Below, piece by piece: positions 58,963-64,000 of a stretch of DNA of 64,000 nucleotides (position 1 is its first letter; every line of letters begins with the position of its first letter). A program made the position numbers and the translations under genes. The stretch comes from Bacteroidales bacterium (lineage in GTDB: Bacteria; Bacteroidota; Bacteroidia; Bacteroidales; VadinHA17). The notes under the pieces were generated by a model. It saw nothing but the letters and a program-made list of their open reading frames with translations. It did no database searches and was not told the DNA's origin. The DNA is taken from the NCBI GenBank assembly GCA_035529055.1, contig DATKXL010000133.1, positions 3,870-67,869 on the forward strand, in the 5' to 3' direction.

Positions 58963-58964
58963 TT

Positions 58965-60158
58965 TTAAAGTTCCAGATCGATATCATGCAGTTCAACCCA
59001 CGGAAGGCCAAGAAGTTTCAGTTGTTCCATGAAAGGATCGGGGTCAAATTCTTCCACGTTGAATACACCGGGTTTTTTCCAGATACCTTTAAGATACATC
59101 ATAGCACCAATGGCAGCAGGTACTCCGGTGGTATAGCTCACCCCCTGTGCCCCTGTCTCCTTATAGGCAGCTTCGTGGCTGCAGTTGTTATAAATATAAT
59201 ATGTTTTTTCCTTACCGTTTTTAAGCCCTCTGATACGGCAACCTATTGAGGTCCACCCTTTATAGTTTTCTCCAAGTTCACCCGGGTCGGGAAGAACAGC
59301 CTTCAGGAACTGAATCGGGATTATCTCTCTTCCGTCGAACATTACCGGCTCAATACCGGCCATTCCAATATTTTGAATGACACGCAGATGAGTAAGATAT
59401 TCCTGTCCGAAAGTCATCCAGAATCTTGCTCTCTTCAAAGTCGGGAAGTTTTTGACAAGCGATTCAAGCTCCTCATGATAAATCAGGTACGATTCTTTTG
59501 GTCCGATTCCCGGATAGTCTAATGGTTTATGGATCTGATGTGGTTTTGTGTAAACCCATTTCCCATTCTCCCAGTATTTTCCTTTCTGGGTTACCTCCCT
59601 GATATTGATCTCAGGATTGAAATTTGTAGCAAATGGTTTCCCGTGATCTCCTGCATTGCAGTCAACAATATCAAGGTAATGGATTTCATCAAAATGGTGT
59701 TTGGCGGCATATGCTGTAAAAACTGATGTAACTCCCGGATCAAAACCGCATCCGAGAATAGCCGTTATTCCGGCTTTTTTGTACCGGTCCTGATAGGCCC
59801 ACTGCCAGCTGTATTCAAATTTTGCCTCTTCAAGAGGCTCATAATTTGCGGTATCCAGGTACGCTACCTGCTCTGCGAGACAGGCATCCATAATGTGCAG
59901 ATCCTGATAGGGTAAAGCTACATTAACCACAATATCCGGCTTAAACGATCTGATCAGCTTCGTGAGTTCAGGAACATTATCAGCATCGATCTGTGCTGTT
60001 CTTATACGATCCCTCCCGACCCTTGAGGCTATAACATCACATTTTGATCTGGTCCGGCTTGCCAGCATAATATCAGTAAAAACTGCCGGAAGAGAGGCCA
60101 TTTTATGAATTACCACAGTTCCCACTCCCCCGGCACCAATAACTAACACTTTTCCCAT
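58965..60158 (-). CDS. Saccharopine-dehydrogenase-family carboxynorspermidine synthase/dehydrogenase
   Basis: 397 aa with MGKVLVIGAGGVGTVV (Rossmann motif). It is paired with nspC on the same strand, as in the alternative spermidine/norspermidine pathway. Confidence 0.8.
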   Translation of the reverse strand: MGKVLVIGAGGVGTVVIHKMASLPAVFTDIMLASRTRSKCDVIASRVGRDRIRTAQIDADNVPELTKLIRSFKPDIVVNVALPYQDLHIMDACLAEQVAYLDTANYEPLEEAKFEYSWQWAYQDRYKKAGITAILGCGFDPGVTSVFTAYAAKHHFDEIHYLDIVDCNAGDHGKPFATNFNPEINIREVTQKGKYWENGKWVYTKPHQIHKPLDYPGIGPKESYLIYHEELESLVKNFPTLKRARFWMTFGQEYLTHLRVIQNIGMAGIEPVMFDGREIIPIQFLKAVLPDPGELGENYKGWTSIGCRIRGLKNGKEKTYYIYNNCSHEAAYKETGAQGVSYTTGVPAAIGAMMYLKGIWKKPGVFNVEEFDPDPFMEQLKLLGLPWVELHDIDLEL

Positions 60159-60292
60159 AAAACCTGAATTTCAAGATTAGTCAGATTCAAATATAGGATT
60201 TTAAACTGATCAACCAATGAACTGAAACCACTCAAAACAAAACTTTCAGAAATTCCATAAACCGGGAACTCAGAGGTAACAGTAAAACTGAT

Positions 60293-60300
60293 TATATTTG
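60293..60300 (+). promoter_or_regulatory. -7 box (TAtaTTTG) for trkH
   Basis: tatatttg, 23 nt upstream of ATG 60323. Confidence 0.45.
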
Positions 60301-60322
60301 TACCCTTATATTGAAAAAGCAG

Positions 60323-61768
60323 ATGAAGCTGATCAATCCACTGGTCATTATACGGATACTAAGTACAATTCTTTTCCTTGAATCAATTTCATTTCTTTTC
60401 TGTCTGCCTGTTGCTCATATTTATCAGGAGTCACCCTATCCGTTTCTATGGTCATCTCTAATTACATCTATAATTTCAGTTATTTTTTACCTTATCTCGA
60501 AGGATGTACCATTTGACAGAATGAGTACAAGGGAAGGGTACATGTCTGTCTCCCTCTCATGGCTGCTGTTTACGGCTTTAGGTACGCTGCCATACATTCT
60601 GAGCGGCACTATTACTTCGTTTGTTGATGCTTTTTTCGAATCGAGCTCCGGCTTTACCACAACCGGGGCTTCAATTGTTAATAATGTAGAAATACTTCCA
60701 TATTCAATACTTTTCTGGCGAAGCTTCACACATTGGATAGGCGGGCTTGGGATAATTGTGCTGGTCATCATAATCCTCCCTTCTTTGAGAATTACCAGAT
60801 TTCAGTTTTTTGGTCTGGAATCATCACTTAAAGAAAAGATACATCCGAAAACAAAAGCGGTAGGTTTAAGATTATTATATATATATCTGACCTTGACCTT
60901 AATTGAAATAGGTTTATTATGGGTGGGTGAAATGAGTCTCTTCGACAGCATTTGTCATTCGTTCGGCACAATGGCCACCGGAGGTTTTTCCACCAAAAAC
61001 AGCAGCATCGCCGGTTTCTCTGCTTACAGTCAATATATAATCGGCTTTTTTATGCTGTTGGCGGGCATAAGTCTGGTAATTTATTATCATTTGGTCAAGT
61101 TTAACTTCAAAAAAATAAAGCATAATGAAGAATTATGGTTTTATCTTGCTTCAACTTTTTTAGCCGGTACGATTGCAACATCGATTCTGCTTGCTAAAAC
61201 CACCAGGCCCCTCGAACCTGCTTTCAGAGAAGGATTCTTCCAGATAATCTCAATTTTAACCACCACCGGTTACTCAACGACTGATTATCTTTACTGGCCG
61301 CCGGCCGGATTATTTCTGATCTTTATTTTATTGTTTACCGGTGCAAGCACCGGTTCAACTACCGGAAACATCAAAATGGGAAGACATCTGACTGTAATAA
61401 AGAACATCAGGAGCGTCTTTGTAAAACTTATTCATCCGAATGTTATCACTCAGATCAAGATAAATGATAAGCCGCTGGCGGAAAAAACCAACATTTCAAT
61501 CATCTCTTTTATCATCTTCTATATATTTATTTTCCTTGCCGGAACAATCATCGTGGTATCAACAGGAATTGATCCTGTAACCGGCGCCAGTTCAGTGGCA
61601 AGCTCACTGGGGAATATTGGTCCGGGACTTGGAGCAATAGGCCCGCTGAGCAATTATGCTCATTTTTCCGATTTCAACAAGCTGTTTTTCAGCTTTCTCA
61701 TGATCATAGGGAGGCTCGAGATATTTACAATGTTTATTCTGTTTGCAAAGTCGTTCTGGAGGCTTTAA
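60323..61768 (+). CDS. trkH: TrkH/KtrB-family potassium transporter
   Basis: Polytopic, with repeated selectivity-filter-like motifs: TTTGAS, MATGGFS, TTTGYS, STGSTTGNIK. ATG 60323 lies downstream of the TAtaTTTG box at 60293..60300. Confidence 0.8.
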   Translation: MKLINPLVIIRILSTILFLESISFLFCLPVAHIYQESPYPFLWSSLITSIISVIFYLISKDVPFDRMSTREGYMSVSLSWLLFTALGTLPYILSGTITSFVDAFFESSSGFTTTGASIVNNVEILPYSILFWRSFTHWIGGLGIIVLVIIILPSLRITRFQFFGLESSLKEKIHPKTKAVGLRLLYIYLTLTLIEIGLLWVGEMSLFDSICHSFGTMATGGFSTKNSSIAGFSAYSQYIIGFFMLLAGISLVIYYHLVKFNFKKIKHNEELWFYLASTFLAGTIATSILLAKTTRPLEPAFREGFFQIISILTTTGYSTTDYLYWPPAGLFLIFILLFTGASTGSTTGNIKMGRHLTVIKNIRSVFVKLIHPNVITQIKINDKPLAEKTNISIISFIIFYIFIFLAGTIIVVSTGIDPVTGASSVASSLGNIGPGLGAIGPLSNYAHFSDFNKLFFSFLMIIGRLEIFTMFILFAKSFWRL

Positions 61769-61770
61769 CG

Positions 61771-61798
61771 GCTCAGGGCTCAGGGCTCAGGGCTTAGG
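61771..61798 (+). repeat. Tandem heptamers GCTCAGG x3 + GCTTAGG
   Basis: Read directly. The array starts 2 nt after the trkH stop, and its last unit contains the stop codon (61794..61796) of the convergent MurU-like gene. Confidence 0.9.
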
Positions 61799-62510
61799 GA
61801 TTGTAGAGCTGCCTTACTGATTCAAGATCTTCAGGAGTACCGATATCGAACCAGTATCCTTCGGTGTGTTTAAAAGTGGAAATTTTGTGATCGGTGGCAA
61901 GCTGAAGGTAAAGGGTTGTCAGTGAATAGGTCCCCTCATTCATGTAATCAAATATCTCCGGATTGATAATATGAATACCTGAAAATGCAATCTCATTAAG
62001 ACCCTCTTCTGTTTTTCGCGCGATAATCTGTTCACCACTTGCTTTATTGCACCACCCGTGTAATAGTCCCTCATAATCAACTAAAAAAAATCTGTTACCG
62101 GGACGTTTCCGGACTGCCAGGGTTGCAAGCCCTTTTTTAATAAAATGATGCTTATAAAGTGCCTTCAGGTCAAGATCAGTTATTATATCGACATTATATA
62201 TAAGGAATGGCTCCTTCTCAAAAAACTTCCGCGCCTTGAAGAGGCCTCCTCCTGTCTCAAGAAGAGTATCCCGTTCATCTGAAACTGTTATCTTGAATCC
62301 TATTCTGTTGAGTCGCATTACTTCATCCTCAACAATATCTGCAAAATGGTGAACATTTATTATGATATCGTCAAAACCATCTGCGGTACATTTCTCAACA
62401 GCCAGTTGAAGGACACTTTTTCCATTTATATCAACCAGGGCTTTAGGGATTGATTCGGTAATCCTGCCGAGCCTGGTACCTTTTCCGGCAGTCATGATCA
62501 TCGCTTTCAT
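61794..62510 (-). CDS. Sugar-phosphate nucleotidyltransferase, MurU-like
   Basis: MKAMIMTAGKGTRLGRITESIPKALV (NTP-transferase G-loop). ATG 62510 lies 11 nt after the upstream kinase stop; the ORF-track start 62627 would overlap that gene. Confidence 0.7.
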   Translation of the reverse strand: MKAMIMTAGKGTRLGRITESIPKALVDINGKSVLQLAVEKCTADGFDDIIINVHHFADIVEDEVMRLNRIGFKITVSDERDTLLETGGGLFKARKFFEKEPFLIYNVDIITDLDLKALYKHHFIKKGLATLAVRKRPGNRFFLVDYEGLLHGWCNKASGEQIIARKTEEGLNEIAFSGIHIINPEIFDYMNEGTYSLTTLYLQLATDHKISTFKHTEGYWFDIGTPEDLESVRQLYNP

Positions 62511-62520
62511 TAACCGGATT

Positions 62521-63567
62521 TTATAAATGTTTATTTTCGGATAGTTTGAGGAACATCTCATTATTACTGATTGATCGTACCGTACTGAAGAGTTCGGATA
62601 GCTTAATATGATTTTCAGCCTGGTCAATAATCTGAATTAGAAGATTTACTCCCGGGACAATACTATCAGTAAAAGTGGGCTTCTGTTCATATAACCCTCT
62701 GAATCCGAAAGCACCCAGGGCCTGCATTATTCTGATCATGCTGAATGCGGAGTAATATCCCCTGAATTTATGTCTTTCTTCTTTTGTTTCGGAACAGAAA
62801 TTGTCTATATAATAACCAAGCAGCTCTTCCCGGTCGATCTCTTCCATTGGGATCTTTGCATCATAAAGCATTGATGCCACATCATATTGCGGGGCGCCTT
62901 TTCTGCCTCCCTGATAGTCGATAAACCATGGCTCTTCTCCAATAACCATAACATTTGCAGTCTGAAAGTCCCTGTAAAGAAAATAGTCCTGTCCGGTCTC
63001 AAGAAGATAATCTGCCAGAATATCAAAATCATGTTCAAGACGACGCTCATTGAATGGAACTGCAATGAGCTTAAGAAACATATATTTGAAATAATTCATG
63101 TCCCACATCATCGATTGCCTGTCGAAACTTTTGTGAGGATAACAAAGGTCAAGGTTTAAACCATCTATACCCCTGATCTGAAACTCTATCAATTTATCAA
63201 GAATTTTTCGATACAGAATCTTTGTCGGGTTGTCAAAAGGTGCTATTACGGGTTTATTATGAATCCATGTGTAAAGGTTGTCATTTCCAAGGTCCTGGAG
63301 ATAATAAACAAATTTCTCAGGAAGATATCCGAATATTTCCGGTACGGGAAGTGATTTTGTTCTGAAGTGTTCAGTAAATCCTATAAAGGCTTCATTTTCT
63401 TCATGATTGGCATTATAGGCTCCAATAATGCTTTTTCTGCCGTCAACGATCCTGTAATACCGCCTGTCGGAACCGGATCGTGGTAACGGTGTTACATCTG
63501 TCTCAGTGCTCCCAAACAATTCTTTATACCCTGCTGTAAGTACCATTATTATGTCCTGATCATTCAT
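62521..63567 (-). CDS. Aminoglycoside-phosphotransferase-fold kinase, AmgK-like (anomeric MurNAc/GlcNAc kinase family)
   Basis: 348 aa with GSDRRYYRI and YRDFQTANVMV...IDYQGG (APH/choline-kinase catalytic loop). Adjacent to the MurU-like gene. Confidence 0.65.
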   Translation of the reverse strand: MNDQDIIMVLTAGYKELFGSTETDVTPLPRSGSDRRYYRIVDGRKSIIGAYNANHEENEAFIGFTEHFRTKSLPVPEIFGYLPEKFVYYLQDLGNDNLYTWIHNKPVIAPFDNPTKILYRKILDKLIEFQIRGIDGLNLDLCYPHKSFDRQSMMWDMNYFKYMFLKLIAVPFNERRLEHDFDILADYLLETGQDYFLYRDFQTANVMVIGEEPWFIDYQGGRKGAPQYDVASMLYDAKIPMEEIDREELLGYYIDNFCSETKEERHKFRGYYSAFSMIRIMQALGAFGFRGLYEQKPTFTDSIVPGVNLLIQIIDQAENHIKLSELFSTVRSISNNEMFLKLSENKHL

Positions 63568-63665
63568 TCCTGATTGTTAATTCGTTATTTCTACACTTAT
63601 ATTTCTTAACCACTGAGTTTCACGGAGTTCTCCCGCTCTCCCACAAGGAGATTTCTATGAATTTC

Positions 63666-63693
63666 TCTTTTCTTTTTACTTTTTACTTTTTAT
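63666..63693 (-). repeat. Tandem heptamers (plus strand TCTTTTC TTTTTAC TTTTTAC TTTTTAT)
   Basis: Read directly. The array overlaps the stop codon (63690..63692) of the minus-strand membrane-protein gene. Confidence 0.85.
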
Positions 63694-64000
63694 AACCTGA
63701 TCATTACCTTCTTCCTGTACAAAATCAATGCTACACCCCAGATCAGCAGCAGCTGAATAATAGCAAACATAAGACTGCCATTCATATTACCCGCAACCGG
63801 AACACAAACTTTCTCATAGAACCACGAATAAAGGGTGATTTTTGTATTACCCGAAGGTATAGTAATAAAAAGTATCAGCTTTGTCCAGATTCCTGCAAGA
63901 AAATAAGAAAAAAGAGCGTTTGTTCCAAAAACAGTGAAGAAGAGGCCCCATTTCCTCAACTTGTTCACATCAGCAATCCAATATATTACAGCAAGCATAG
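63690..64000 (-). CDS. C-terminal part of a polytopic membrane protein (acyltransferase/HGSNAT-like, DUF5009/DUF1624-type); N-terminus beyond window end
   Basis: The reading frame is open to the window edge. Hydrophobic helices include WGLFFTVFGTNALFSYFLAGIW. The family assignment is tentative. Confidence 0.4.
   Translation of the reverse strand, partial: MLAVIYWIADVNKLRKWGLFFTVFGTNALFSYFLAGIWTKLILFITIPSGNTKITLYSWFYEKVCVPVAGNMNGSLMFAIIQLLLIWGVALILYRKKVMIRL

Noticed and set aside
46391-63693. Whether the short tandem repeats could be CRISPR arrays
   Set aside because: The units are 7-8 nt and directly abutting with no spacers, total lengths are 24-40 nt, and no cas genes are present. They do not form a CRISPR array.

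Overview
This window looks like core chromosome from a Bacteroidota (Bacteroidia-like) genome. The evidence is a T9SS C-terminal sorting domain, many TAnnTTTG -7 promoter boxes, a Bacteroides-type galK/gluP pair, and an lptD-like/amidase/mlaD/dnaA neighbourhood. About 52 tightly packed CDS are supported. Most are housekeeping genes: truA, aroE, folD, ffh, argS, ligA, dapA, secA, dnaX, rpsF-rpsR-rplI, dnaA, ndk, recF, ribH, mnmA, an AddAB-like pair, nspC plus carboxynorspermidine dehydrogenase, trkH, and amgK/murU-like genes. By eye I found no rRNA, tRNA, CRISPR array, transposase, integrase or recognisable defence island. The best candidate for an undescribed system is the operon at 11.5-17.2 kb. 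It encodes a function-unknown AmmeMemoRadiSam set in which the Memo-like and AMMECR1-like parts are fused. That set is split by an 808-aa polytopic membrane protein with a degenerate spermidine-synthase-like domain. Both enzymatic partners carry export-type N-termini, and a DUF1987/SiaC-like gene sits just upstream. Other notable signals: (1) dnaX contains an A10 run ending in the E. coli-type A AAA AAG AGT GA cassette, with stops in both alternative frames. (2) A 61-codon histidine-kinase relic follows the dnaX stop in frame. (3) A family of 7-8 nt tandem repeats fills intergenic spacers only in the 46-64 kb half. (4) A TIGR01212 radical SAM gene is wedged between addA-like and addB-like genes. 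(5) An A9T9AAT10 tract lies upstream of dnaA, with no canonical DnaA boxes. All homology calls come from motifs read by eye and remembered family signatures. No searches or computations were run.
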